DNA from: an uncultured Azospirillum sp. | Lineage (GTDB): Bacteria > Pseudomonadota > Alphaproteobacteria > RF32 > CAG-239 | Length of the DNA stretch: 64,000 nt | Assembly: GCA_902489795.1 (NCBI GenBank) | Contig: CABUBU010000002.1 | Location: forward strand, 13,207-77,206 | Direction: 5' to 3' | Part shown: piece by piece, positions 44,328 to 53,591 of the stretch | Layout of the letters: every line of letters begins with the position of its first letter | How positions within the stretch are numbered: the first letter of the stretch is position 1 | Position numbers and translations under genes: made by a program | The notes under the pieces: generated by a model | Seen by the model: only the letters and a program-made list of their open reading frames with translations | What the model was told of the DNA's origin: nothing | Databases searched by the model: none

Positions 44328-46964
44328 ATGTTAGACAAGACTTACGATCCGAAAAATTTTGAAGAAAAAATTTATGCCGAATGGGAAGCCGCCGGCGATT
44401 TCAAACCGAACATGAACAAAAACAAGGAAGCCTTTGCCGTTGTCATTCCGCCGCCGAATGTTACCGGTGTTTTGCACATGGGACACGCGCTGGACGACAC
44501 TTTGCAGGATATCCTTATCCGTTATAACCGTATGCTCGGCAAAAATGTTTTGTGGCAGCCCGGTATGGATCACGCCGGCATCGCCACGCAGATGGTGGTT
44601 GAGCGCAATCTTGCTGCGGAAGGAGTTACCCGCCACGATCTCGGCCGAGAAAAGTTTATTGAAACCGTCTGGCAGTGGAAGGAAAAGTCCGGCGGCACCA
44701 TTTGCAGGCAATTGCGGCGCCTGGGCGCTTCCTGCGACTGGTCGCGGGCACGCTTCACCATGGACGAAGGTCTGTCTCGGGCAGTGCGCAAAATTTTTGT
44801 CCGCCTCTATAAGGACGGTTTAATTTACAAGGCAAAAAAACTGGTCAACTGGGATTCGAAATTCATGACCGCAGTTTCCGATCTGGAAGTTGTGCAAAAA
44901 GAAACCGTCGGCAAAATGTACTATTACAAATACCCGATTAAAGGGGAAGAAGGCGAATTTGTTCATATTGCCACCACCCGCCCGGAAACCATGTTCGGCG
45001 ATACCGCGGTTGCCGTTTCCAAAGACAATGAAAAGTTAAAACACCTGATCGGAAAAGAGTGCATTATTCCGATCATCAACCGGGCGATTCCGATCGTGGC
45101 CGATGACCATGCCGACCCTGAAAAGGGAACCGGTGCGGTTAAAATTACCCCGGCGCACGATTTCAACGACTTTGAAGTCGGCAAACGTCATAACCTGCCG
45201 CTGATCAATATCCTGAATCCGGACGCAACCTTAAACGAAAATACGCCGTTTGCCGGCATGGATACTCAAAGTGCGCGCAAGGCGACCATTGCCAAACTGG
45301 AAGAACTGGGCTTTATGGAAAAGATCGAAGATCACCCGATGGTTATCCCATACGGCGACCGTTCCAACGTGGTGATCGAACCGATGCTGACCGACCAGTG
45401 GTTCGTTGACGCGCCGACGCTGGCCAAAGAGGCGATTCGCGCGGTTGAAGACGGGGAAATGCAGTTTGTGCCGAAGTCTTATGAGAAAACTTATTTCGAA
45501 TGGATGCGCAATATTCAGCCGTGGTGCATTTCTCGCCAATTGTGGTGGGGGCACCAGATGCCGATCTGGTACGGTCCAGACGGCGAGATATTCTGCGAGG
45601 AAAACGAAGAGGAAGCGCAGGCGGCGGCCGACAGACATTATGGAACCCAGGTTGAACTGACACGCGAAACCGACGTGCTCGATACCTGGTTTTCTTCCGG
45701 CCTGTGGGCTTTTTCGACTTTGGGCTGGCCGGACAAAAGCGAATATCTGGATACTTTTTACCCGACTTCGGTTCTCGTTACCGGTTTTGACATCATTTTC
45801 TTCTGGGTGGCCCGGATGATGATGATGAGCATGTATATAATGAAAAAAGTGCCGTTCAAAAAAGCCTATATTCACGGTCTGGTTCGCGACGAACAGGGAC
45901 GCAAAATGTCCAAGTCCAAAGGTAATACCGTCGATCCGATGGAAATCATCGAAAAGTACGGTGCCGACGCTTTGCGCTTCTTCATGGCGGCAATGGAAAC
46001 CCAGGGGCGAGACATCAACGTTTCCGAGGCCAGAATTCAGGGCTACCGCAACTTTGCCACCAAACTGTGGAACTCTGCTCGTTTCGGCGAAATGAACGAA
46101 TGCGCGCTGCCTGTGGATTTTGACGAAAACGGTGTTAAGCACCCGGTCAACCGCTGGATTGTTGCCAAGGTTAAGGAAGCAACCGTCGAGCTGACCGAAA
46201 ATCTTGACAGCTTTCGCTTTTCCGACGCCGCCAATACCGTTTACCAGTTTGTCTGGGGGGCGTTCTGCGACTGGTATATCGAAATGATCAAACCGATTTT
46301 GTACGGCAGCAACGAAGAGGAAAAGGCGGAAACCCGCGCGGCGTTTGCATGGGTTTTAAATCGTATTTTGGTTATTTTGCATCCGTTTATGCCGTTTATT
46401 ACCAGCGAGCTGTGGAACAATACCGGCACCCGCAATGAGCGTCTGATTAATGCTTCCTGGCCGAAAAACGAGAGTTTTGACACCGCAGCCATCGGCGACA
46501 TCGACTGGGTGATTGAACTGATCGGTTCAATCCGTTCGCTCCGGGCGGAAATGAATTTGCCGGCCGGTGCCAAGCTGACGGTTCTGCTGAAAGACGCCAA
46601 TGCGGATTCGCTGACGCATCTGCTGCGCTTCAAACCGATCATTTGCTCTCTGGCGCGGTTGGAAGACATCTGCGGCTATGAGGACGAAATTACGCCCGAC
46701 ATGGTACAAAGCGTTTTCCGCGAAGCCTCGCTTTTGATCCCGCTTAAGGGGGTGGTCGATTTCGCCGCTGAGCGCGAGCGCTTGCAAAAGGAACTGGCCG
46801 GGCTGGAGCAAAATCTTGCCGGTTACGAGCGCAAACTGTCGAACCCGAATTTTGTCGAGCGCGCCCCGGCCGCGGTGGTTGAGGAAGAAAAGCGCCGTCG
46901 GGCGGAGGCTTTGGAGAATAAAGCCAAAGTTGAGGAAGCGCTGGCGCGGATCGTCGGGCTGTAA
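44328..46964 (+). CDS. valS: valine--tRNA ligase
   Basis: 878-aa ORF with PPPNVTGVLHMGHAL (HIGH), KMSKSKGN, and a C-terminal coiled coil. Confidence 0.97.
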   Translation: MLDKTYDPKNFEEKIYAEWEAAGDFKPNMNKNKEAFAVVIPPPNVTGVLHMGHALDDTLQDILIRYNRMLGKNVLWQPGMDHAGIATQMVVERNLAAEGVTRHDLGREKFIETVWQWKEKSGGTICRQLRRLGASCDWSRARFTMDEGLSRAVRKIFVRLYKDGLIYKAKKLVNWDSKFMTAVSDLEVVQKETVGKMYYYKYPIKGEEGEFVHIATTRPETMFGDTAVAVSKDNEKLKHLIGKECIIPIINRAIPIVADDHADPEKGTGAVKITPAHDFNDFEVGKRHNLPLINILNPDATLNENTPFAGMDTQSARKATIAKLEELGFMEKIEDHPMVIPYGDRSNVVIEPMLTDQWFVDAPTLAKEAIRAVEDGEMQFVPKSYEKTYFEWMRNIQPWCISRQLWWGHQMPIWYGPDGEIFCEENEEEAQAAADRHYGTQVELTRETDVLDTWFSSGLWAFSTLGWPDKSEYLDTFYPTSVLVTGFDIIFFWVARMMMMSMYIMKKVPFKKAYIHGLVRDEQGRKMSKSKGNTVDPMEIIEKYGADALRFFMAAMETQGRDINVSEARIQGYRNFATKLWNSARFGEMNECALPVDFDENGVKHPVNRWIVAKVKEATVELTENLDSFRFSDAANTVYQFVWGAFCDWYIEMIKPILYGSNEEEKAETRAAFAWVLNRILVILHPFMPFITSELWNNTGTRNERLINASWPKNESFDTAAIGDIDWVIELIGSIRSLRAEMNLPAGAKLTVLLKDANADSLTHLLRFKPIICSLARLEDICGYEDEITPDMVQSVFREASLLIPLKGVVDFAAERERLQKELAGLEQNLAGYERKLSNPNFVERAPAAVVEEEKRRRAEALENKAKVEEALARIVGL

Positions 46965-46974
46965 TCAAAAAAAC

Positions 46975-47011
46975 AAAGCCTTGCTGCCCCACTGGCGCAG
47001 GGCTTTATTTT
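46975..47011 (+). terminator. intrinsic terminator after valS
   Basis: Stem AAGCCTTGC (46975-46983) / GCAGGGCTT (46996-47004), followed by ATTTTT. Confidence 0.6.
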
Positions 47012-47014
47012 TGA

Positions 47015-47752
47015 ATGAAGGTGCGGATAATGAAGTTTTTTTCGCGGAAAAAGGTTTATGCCGCCGCCGCTGCGGCGTTGACGCTGGTCTTGGTGCTACT
47101 GTATGTAAACCGCTACCACATATACCACTTTCTGCCGGCGCGCGACGGCGGAGAGCTTGTCCTTTCCGGCGGCGTACTGGTTGACCGCGTTGCGCACCAA
47201 CCCTTCAGCGGTCGGGCAAGGCTGAAAAACGGAGAACAAACGCTGGTTTTGTCTTATGACGAAGGCCGGCCTGACGGGCTGGGGGTTGCCTGTCAAGACG
47301 GACGGATAAAAGAGGTCGTCAATTGGAAAAAAGGCCGCCGCGACGGCAAGTTTATGTCGTTTGAAAACGGTCGTCCGCATGTATCCGGAACTTATCGGCA
47401 GAACGCCAAAAACGGAGAATGGGTACAATATGACGAAAACGGGCGGATCGCGCTCAGCCGCAACTACCGGAATGATGTTCCCGAGGGCGTTGCCCGCCGC
47501 TATTACCCGAACGGCCGGGTATATATCCATATGAATTATCACGACGGTATTCCCGACGGATATTACGTGATGTATGCGGAAAGCGGTGAGCCGATTGTGG
47601 AGGCTTTTCTTAAAAACGGACGTTTTGAAGCGGTCAAACGCTATAATCCGAATTATCAGCTGCCGGATCGCGACGAAAACGGCGGGATCGTTATTCGCGG
47701 ACTGCAAAATGAAAAGGAGAGCAAGAACAGACTGCCGCCGGTCGTTCAATAG
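47015..47752 (+). CDS. MORN-repeat (YwqK-family) protein with an N-terminal membrane anchor
   Basis: 245-aa ORF with repeated G-x-G/W-x-Y-x-x-G units (GRPDGLGV, GRRDGKF, KNGEWVQYDENGR, PEGVARRYYPNGR, PDGYYVMYAESG). Confidence 0.75.
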   Translation: MKVRIMKFFSRKKVYAAAAAALTLVLVLLYVNRYHIYHFLPARDGGELVLSGGVLVDRVAHQPFSGRARLKNGEQTLVLSYDEGRPDGLGVACQDGRIKEVVNWKKGRRDGKFMSFENGRPHVSGTYRQNAKNGEWVQYDENGRIALSRNYRNDVPEGVARRYYPNGRVYIHMNYHDGIPDGYYVMYAESGEPIVEAFLKNGRFEAVKRYNPNYQLPDRDENGGIVIRGLQNEKESKNRLPPVVQ

Positions 47753-47769
47753 CCGGTGAACAGGAAATG

Positions 47770-48131
47770 TTTAAAGCGATTTGTGTCGTTATGTGTTCGG
47801 GCGGTGGTCAGCAGTGCGATTTCGCCGCTTTGTTCCGTTGCCGACGGTGCGCTTCTTCCTCGGGCGGCATCTTCCGATTTAAAGCGACTTGGGGCGTTAT
47901 ATGTCAGAACGGCGGTCAGTAGCGTGATTTCGCCGCTTTGTTCCGTTGCCGACGGTGCGTTTCTTCCTCGGGCGGTGTCTTCCGATTTAAACGCGGCTTG
48001 GGGCGTTATGTGTCCGGGCGGCAGTCAGCAGCGCGATTTCGCCGCTTTGTTCCGTTGCCGACGGTGCGTTTCTTCCTTGTGCGGTGTCTTCCGATTTAAA
48101 CGCGGCTTAGGGCGTTATATGTCAGAACGGC
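47770..48131. repeat. tandem array, about 108-109-bp unit x ~3.3, overlapping the 3' end of the 190-aa gene
   Basis: GATTTCGCCG recurs at 47818, 47926 and 48035. The last partial unit (48111-48131) supplies the final codons of the gene ending at 48096. Confidence 0.9.
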
Positions 48132-48668
48132 TACTGCATTTTTGTCGCTTGAGGATACCGTTAACGAGGCGTTCCTGTTGTTTACGGCCTTTTGCAGATC
48201 CTTGGCCGACGTTTTGGCCGCAATGTCGGCCAAATCTTCAAGCGAAATGACTTTGTCGGCGATGACCTTTTGCCAATACTGCCGCAGTTTGTCGTTGTCG
48301 ATCGGTTTTTCTGTTTTGGCAACGTAAGGACGCACCCGGTTGATTTCGTCCATCCGCTGCATGTCTTCGGTAATTTCGGAAGTTCCGGTTAAAAAGGCAA
48401 AGCCGCACAAAGCCAGTTTTGTAAAATTGTTTTGTAAACGATGTAGTTTTTCTGTTTTGTTTCGGTTGCCGACATTTTGTGCGGCGACGGAAAAAGTAGC
48501 CGCGGTCAGGAGCAGGACGGATGCCGTTTCTTTGGCAATTTCCGGCGGCACGAGAAGCGGAGAAATGACGGCCGTTGCTGCTGCCGCTGCTCCGACGCCG
48601 CTCAGAAAGCGGGATCCGCAGACGGCCAGCCTGCTTTTGACGGAAGATTGTTTTGCGTCTTTTTCCAT
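48096..48668 (-). CDS. hypothetical membrane protein (190 aa)
   Basis: ORF with three Ala/Leu-rich hydrophobic segments and no recognised motif. GAGAAGG RBS. The last ~12 codons lie in the tandem repeat. Confidence 0.5.
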   Translation of the reverse strand: MEKDAKQSSVKSRLAVCGSRFLSGVGAAAAATAVISPLLVPPEIAKETASVLLLTAATFSVAAQNVGNRNKTEKLHRLQNNFTKLALCGFAFLTGTSEITEDMQRMDEINRVRPYVAKTEKPIDNDKLRQYWQKVIADKVISLEDLADIAAKTSAKDLQKAVNNRNASLTVSSSDKNAVAVLTYNALSRV

Positions 48669-48685
48669 TGTCTGCCTTCTCTTTG

Positions 48686-49006
48686 TTACAGTCCGTATTT
48701 GCTCCAGTTGACAGGGATTTTCTCCGTGTGGCGAAGAATGGCTTCATAATGGTCGGCAATCTCCTGTCCGCGGACTTCGACAATAAACGCGTTGTTCGTG
48801 TTTGCCAGCGTCTGCCGTATTTCGGAACTGATATGGTCGAGGATCACATTTTGTCCGGGATTGCGGACGAGCAGGGCATGTTTTCCGCCGTCGTACAGAA
48901 CAATCGGGCGCTCTTTTTTTCCTTCCGGTTGCGGCAGAAAGATCAAGAGCTTTCCGTCTTCGTCGGTTTTGATGATGTAAAGTCCGGCGATCAGTGTCTG
49001 AGTCAT
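48686..49006 (-). CDS. hypothetical protein (106 aa)
   Basis: ORF 17 nt upstream of the 190-aa gene on the same strand. No recognised motif. Confidence 0.45.
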   Translation of the reverse strand: MTQTLIAGLYIIKTDEDGKLLIFLPQPEGKKERPIVLYDGGKHALLVRNPGQNVILDHISSEIRQTLANTNNAFIVEVRGQEIADHYEAILRHTEKIPVNWSKYGL

Positions 49007-49020
49007 ATCCGATAAGCTTT

Positions 49021-49076
49021 CAAAAAAGAAAAAACGCCGGCCGGTTACCGTGTTTTTGATACGGTTTTCGGCCGGC
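49021..49076 (-). terminator. intrinsic terminator after the 706-aa gene, ending 14 nt before the next start codon
   Basis: 9-bp GC stem CGCCGGCCG (49034-49042) / CGGCCGGCG (49068-49076) enclosing an inner hairpin. On the minus strand it is followed by TTTTTTCTTTTTT. Confidence 0.6.
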
Positions 49077-49087
49077 GAAAAATGCCG

Positions 49088-51208
49088 TTAACGGGACTCT
49101 CCGCCCCGTCTTCCGTAGCTGCGTGACGGGAGTTGACCGTTGTTGCCAACATTTCCCGTGATGTCAGGATTGTTCTGTTTCTCTTGTTCTTTTTCCGCTT
49201 TCAGACGGCGCTGGATGGGGCTGAAATCGTGCTTCGGCATTCCGATTTTGATGACCAGAATCGGCGGCAGCCCGATATCGGCCAGGTCATTTTTGACGTT
49301 TTCGATTTCTGTTGATGCTTCAGTAAGATAGGGCATAACAGCGTCGCGTGTCGCATTGCCTTTGTAAAATTCGTCTTTAACCAGTTTTTCATATTCTTCG
49401 TTGATTTTTCTGGTTGCGCGGGCTGCCTGAGTCTGCTGCATAATGGCGAACAGCTTTTTGGCAGCTTCCGGCGGCATGTCGCGAACCTGCATCTTTTCTG
49501 AACCGCGGATTACTTCTTTGAATTTTTCTTTTTCCTCGGGCGTCAGGGATTGGCATTTGTCGGAAACCAGATAATCCAACGTTCCTTCAGGGTTGTCGGA
49601 ACCAATACCGTCACTGTATGCAGCATATAGTTTGGCTACGGCCTTGGTTGCTCCGATAGCATCTGCGGCACCGTTTCGGTTGCCCGAACCGCTGTTTTTG
49701 ATAAACTCTTCATATTTATCACGCAGGCCAAAGTCTTCCCACCAGTCGCGGAACGGGGAAAAGTTGTAAGCGCCGATTGCGCCGCGAATACAGCGGCAGT
49801 CAACGTTGTTTTTGTTGGCGGGGTCTTGCCAGTCGATTCCTTTTTGCTTCAGCTGGTGGGCAAACTGCAGAGCCAGATCTCGTCGGTATTTGATCACCTT
49901 GGGGTTGTTTTTTCCGCTCTTGCCTTCTGCGGCATCAATCATCTTGTCAAATTTGGTTTGTGACAGCTTCAATCCGACCGGAACGATCAGCGCCCGGCCG
50001 CAGGCGGCGCGGATGGCACCTTCGTTGGCATCGGTCATGGTGCCGAATTTGACCCGGGTGATGCCGGCATCTTTGTAGGCGTCCATGATTCTGTCGGCAT
50101 AGGTGTCGCTCAACGGTTTTCCGTTCGGAGTAGAGAACGAAATTTCCAATCGCCCGTCTTTGTCCATTTTAACGTAAAGCTTGCATTCGCTGCGAACCTT
50201 GATGTCTTTGGTTTTCTTGTCGATGATGCCGTCTTGTTCCATGTTTTCGGGATTTTCCTTGTCAAACGTGGTGAAGACTGTGTAACCGTTTTTGTGAGTG
50301 ATAAAGTAGCTGAGGTTGCGGCGTTTGTTTTTGTTCATCCACTTGGTGAGCGATTCGACGGCGTTGTCATAAGCGTTTGCCGGCGCTTTGTTGCGATCCG
50401 TTTTCTCAATCGGCATCTCGCCGAAAGGCAGACCTTCGCCGTTGCCCTCAGACGCATCGTTTCTTCTCTGTGCTTCACCGTTTTCCCGGTCTTCTTCGTA
50501 CGGAGAGTCGTTGTCGTTTGCGGACTGGTTGACGGTAAGCGCATCTGCTGCGCCGGAAGATACGAACTCGTCGCTGCCGCGTTTGGTTTCTTCCTCAGCT
50601 TCCTTTTTGACCGCGGCAAACAGTTCTTCCGTCTTGGCGTCCGCGTTTTCAAGCTTCAACCTGTCCATGTCGACGAAGGAAGCAAGTCCGCGGCGGTCGA
50701 GCCAGGCGAGTATTTCCCTTAGCTGGTCGGTGCTCATTCTGTTCGGATCAAAAGACAGTTTGCCGTCATGAATTTGGAAGGATACGTCGGACGGTTTCAT
50801 GATTTCGACGGCCAGAAACAGGTTGCCGTTCTGGTCTTCGCAGATTTTTGCATGGGCTTTGTCAGTATCGCGTTCGTTTTCCTTTTCCCTGTTTTCGGTA
50901 TGAACTTCTCCGTTGGCCGTTTCTTTCAGGGAAAAAAGGGTGGTGTAAAGTTCCGGATTTTTGTCAAACAATTCCAGATCGTTTAAAGCATTTTTATAAG
51001 CCATTTCCTCTTTGCGCTTGCGCAGGAAAGTCTCCCGTGCTTCGCGGTCGTTGCCGATTTCTTCCGGGACTTCGGTAACTTGGGGAATGCGGCTCTGCAA
51101 CACGTTCCTGACTTCTTCTGCAGTGTGCGGCCGCTTGTCGGCAAATGTCTGAAAGTCAAGCGGGATAAAAGGTTTGTCTTCAATGTTGTTGGTGGCTTTG
51201 GTAACCAT
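49088..51208 (-). CDS. large orphan protein (706 aa), acidic/low-complexity regions, possible effector
   Basis: Long uninterrupted ORF with its own promoter-like sequence (TTGCTT-N16-TATGAT on the minus strand at about 51234-51261), a GGGAGGA RBS and a terminator. No motif I recognise. Confidence 0.6.
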   Translation of the reverse strand: MVTKATNNIEDKPFIPLDFQTFADKRPHTAEEVRNVLQSRIPQVTEVPEEIGNDREARETFLRKRKEEMAYKNALNDLELFDKNPELYTTLFSLKETANGEVHTENREKENERDTDKAHAKICEDQNGNLFLAVEIMKPSDVSFQIHDGKLSFDPNRMSTDQLREILAWLDRRGLASFVDMDRLKLENADAKTEELFAAVKKEAEEETKRGSDEFVSSGAADALTVNQSANDNDSPYEEDRENGEAQRRNDASEGNGEGLPFGEMPIEKTDRNKAPANAYDNAVESLTKWMNKNKRRNLSYFITHKNGYTVFTTFDKENPENMEQDGIIDKKTKDIKVRSECKLYVKMDKDGRLEISFSTPNGKPLSDTYADRIMDAYKDAGITRVKFGTMTDANEGAIRAACGRALIVPVGLKLSQTKFDKMIDAAEGKSGKNNPKVIKYRRDLALQFAHQLKQKGIDWQDPANKNNVDCRCIRGAIGAYNFSPFRDWWEDFGLRDKYEEFIKNSGSGNRNGAADAIGATKAVAKLYAAYSDGIGSDNPEGTLDYLVSDKCQSLTPEEKEKFKEVIRGSEKMQVRDMPPEAAKKLFAIMQQTQAARATRKINEEYEKLVKDEFYKGNATRDAVMPYLTEASTEIENVKNDLADIGLPPILVIKIGMPKHDFSPIQRRLKAEKEQEKQNNPDITGNVGNNGQLPSRSYGRRGGESR

Positions 51209-51311
51209 AAAATCCTCCCTGCAAAAGGCTCTGATATAGGCTCATCATATCATGATTATGCAAAAAAGCAAGCTGTTTTTGACAAAAAAGAGGCCGTGCC
51301 TCCGCCGAAAG

Positions 51312-51968
51312 TCAGTGATATTTGCGTACGATGCCGCTTAAAATCCCCTGCACTTTCACCCGCGAAGGATGCAGTTTGCGGGTTTCGTACGCGGGATTGC
51401 AGGGTTTCAGCCAGATTTCGTCTTTTTTCTTTTGCCAGACTTTGAGCGTTGCCTCGGCATCATCGATGAGGGCGACGACAATTTGTCCGTTTTCGGCGTT
51501 TTCGGCTTTGCGGATGATGGCGGTGTCGCCGTCTAAGATGCCGGCTTCGATCATGGATTCTCCTTCAATCGTCAGGGCGTAGAATTTGCCCCGGCTGACC
51601 ATGTTGAGAGGAACGGTGATGCTTTCGTTTTCGTCGGCGATGGCGGCGATCGGCGTGCCGGCGGCGATTTTGCCGTAAAGGGGAATTTGGATTGCCGCCC
51701 CCTGCAGCGCCTGCTTGATTTTCTTTTCTTCCTCGATGATTTCCCGCGGTTTGAAGCGGGGAATGCGCAGAACTTCAAGCGCACGAGCCTTGTGCGGCAG
51801 CTTTTTGACGAAGTCGCGTTCGATCAGCTCTTCGATCAGGGCGTGGATGCCTGATTTCGATTTGATGCCCACCGCCTGTTTCATCTCTTCAAAAGAAGGG
51901 CAGCAGCCGTTTTCCTTGATCGAATTGTCGATAAACATCAGCAGCTTGTATTGTTTCGGGGTCAGCAT
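51312..51968 (-). CDS. lexA: LexA repressor
   Basis: 218-aa ORF with an N-terminal winged HTH (LTPKQYKLLMFI...), the cleavage-site region, and S24 peptidase motifs GESM and ATLK. Length and linker are typical of alphaproteobacterial LexA. Confidence 0.95.
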   Translation of the reverse strand: MLTPKQYKLLMFIDNSIKENGCCPSFEEMKQAVGIKSKSGIHALIEELIERDFVKKLPHKARALEVLRIPRFKPREIIEEEKKIKQALQGAAIQIPLYGKIAAGTPIAAIADENESITVPLNMVSRGKFYALTIEGESMIEAGILDGDTAIIRKAENAENGQIVVALIDDAEATLKVWQKKKDEIWLKPCNPAYETRKLHPSRVKVQGILSGIVRKYH

Positions 51969-52004
51969 CTTCTTCTTTCCTTCGCATTTATGGTTTGGTT
52001 ATCT

Positions 52005-52019
52005 GTTCTACTTTAGTTC
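52005..52019 (-). promoter_or_regulatory. LexA (SOS) box GTTC-N7-GTTC upstream of lexA
   Basis: + strand reads GTTC tacttta GTTC, 36 nt upstream of the lexA ATG (51968). Confidence 0.7.
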
Positions 52020-52091
52020 TTTGTCGCCGTCAAGCAATTATTAGGTTGAAAAGTTTTCGGCTTTTGTTTATAGTGACGGAAAAACAAACGA

Positions 52092-52106
52092 GAACTTGAA
52101 AAGAAC
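52092..52106 (+). promoter_or_regulatory. second LexA-type box (GAAC-N7-GAAC on + strand)
   Basis: GAAC ttgaaaa GAAC, 12 nt upstream of the lysS ATG (52119) and about 125 nt upstream of the lexA ATG. Confidence 0.5.
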
Positions 52107-52118
52107 AGGAATTTACCA

Positions 52119-53588
52119 ATGGCAACAGAAACCAACATCCACAGAGAATCCCGCCTGGCAAAACTCAATGCCCTGACGGAAAAAGGCTACAATCCCTATC
52201 CGTATTGTTTCAAACCGAATGCTTTTGCCGCCGATTTGCAGGAAAAATACAAAGATCTGCCGGCCGGAGAAAATACCGAAGACCGGGTGACGGTTGCCGG
52301 CCGCGCGATGGCGGTGCGCAACAGCGGCATGTTCATCGATTTGAAAGACAAAAGCGGAAAGATTCAGGTTTTCTGCCACAAAAGCCATCTTGACGAGGCC
52401 GGGCTGGAGCTTTTGAAATGCCTGGACGTCGGCGATCTGGTCGGCGTTTCCGGCTTTGTCCGCCGCACCCCCCGCGGAGAGCTTTCGATTGCTGCCGAAA
52501 AGTTTGATATTATCGGCAAAGCCCTGCAGCCGCTGCCGGAAAAGTTCCACGGCCTGACCGACATTGAGGCCAGATACCGCCAGCGTTATGTCGATTTCAT
52601 CATGAACGATGACAGCCGCGAAATTTTCAAAAAACGCTGCCGGATCACTTCGGCTATCCGCCGCTATTTTGAGGAACACGGTTTCCTCGAGGTGGAAACG
52701 CCGATGTTGCACCCGATCATGGGCGGCGCCAACGCCAAACCGTTTGTTACCCACCACAATGCGCTCGATATGGACCTTTACCTGCGCATTGCGCCGGAAT
52801 TGTATCTCAAACGTCTGGTTGTCGGTGGGTTGGATCGCGTGTTTGAAATCGGCCGCAACTTCCGCAACGAAGGCGTCGACAAAAAACACAATCCCGAGTT
52901 TACGGCTTTGGAGGCTTATCAGGCTTATGCCGACTATAATGACATGGCCGAGCTCATTCCCGATCTGATCCGCTATGTCTGTGAGCAGGTGCTGGGTAAG
53001 CCGTCGTTTACTTTCAACGGACAGGAAATCGACGTCTCCAAGCCGTTTCCGCGTAAATCTATAGTCGATTTGGTAAAAGAATATGCCGGCATTGATCTGA
53101 TGGCGGCCGAAACCGTCGAAGAAGCGCGCGAAATGGCAAAGTCGGTAGGAATTGACGCTTCCGAGTGTTCCAACTGGGGCAAAGTCGTGCAGCAGGTGTT
53201 TGACGAGAAGGTCGAAGCCAATCTGATTCAGCCGGTACTGGTCATGGACATGCCGCGCGACGTTTCGCCGCTGGCCAAAACCCACCGGAGCAATCCTCGT
53301 CTGGTCGAACATTTTGACGCCTATGCCTGCGGCATGGAACTCGGCTGCGCCTATTCCGAACTTTCCAACCCACTTGAACAGCGCGCCCGCTTCGACGCCC
53401 AGTGCGCCGAACGTGAAGCCGGCGACGACGAGGCTCAGATGTTGGACGAAGACTTTGTCAATGCGCTGGAAAACGCGCTGCCGCCCACCGGCGGAATGGG
53501 AATGGGAATTGATCGTCTGGCCATTCTTCTCACCGGAGCGGAAACAATCCGTGACGTTATCGCTTTTCCCACTTTGCGCAACAAATAA
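52119..53588 (+). CDS. lysS: lysine--tRNA ligase (class II)
   Basis: 489-aa ORF with an N-terminal OB anticodon-binding domain and class II motifs (FRNEGVD; [11 protein letters not shown]). Confidence 0.95.
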   Translation: MATETNIHRESRLAKLNALTEKGYNPYPYCFKPNAFAADLQEKYKDLPAGENTEDRVTVAGRAMAVRNSGMFIDLKDKSGKIQVFCHKSHLDEAGLELLKCLDVGDLVGVSGFVRRTPRGELSIAAEKFDIIGKALQPLPEKFHGLTDIEARYRQRYVDFIMNDDSREIFKKRCRITSAIRRYFEEHGFLEVETPMLHPIMGGANAKPFVTHHNALDMDLYLRIAPELYLKRLVVGGLDRVFEIGRNFRNEGVDKKHNPEFTALEAYQAYADYNDMAELIPDLIRYVCEQVLGKPSFTFNGQEIDVSKPFPRKSIVDLVKEYAGIDLMAAETVEEAREMAKSVGIDASECSNWGKVVQQVFDEKVEANLIQPVLVMDMPRDVSPLAKTHRSNPRLVEHFDAYACGMELGCAYSELSNPLEQRARFDAQCAEREAGDDEAQMLDEDFVNALENALPPTGGMGMGIDRLAILLTGAETIRDVIAFPTLRNK

Positions 53589-53591
53589 AAA

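Noticed and set aside
47756-48250. 164-aa plus-strand ORF with an internally repeated sequence.
   Set aside because: It reads straight through the ~108-bp tandem array and into the antisense of the 190-aa gene. The repetition is in the DNA, not evidence of a protein.
51278-51283. TTGACA on the + strand downstream of lexA, in the TTTTTGACAAAAAAG context.
   Set aside because: There is no -10 element and it would drive antisense transcription into lexA. The sequence is better read on the minus strand, as part of the lexA terminator and the promoter region of the 706-aa gene.
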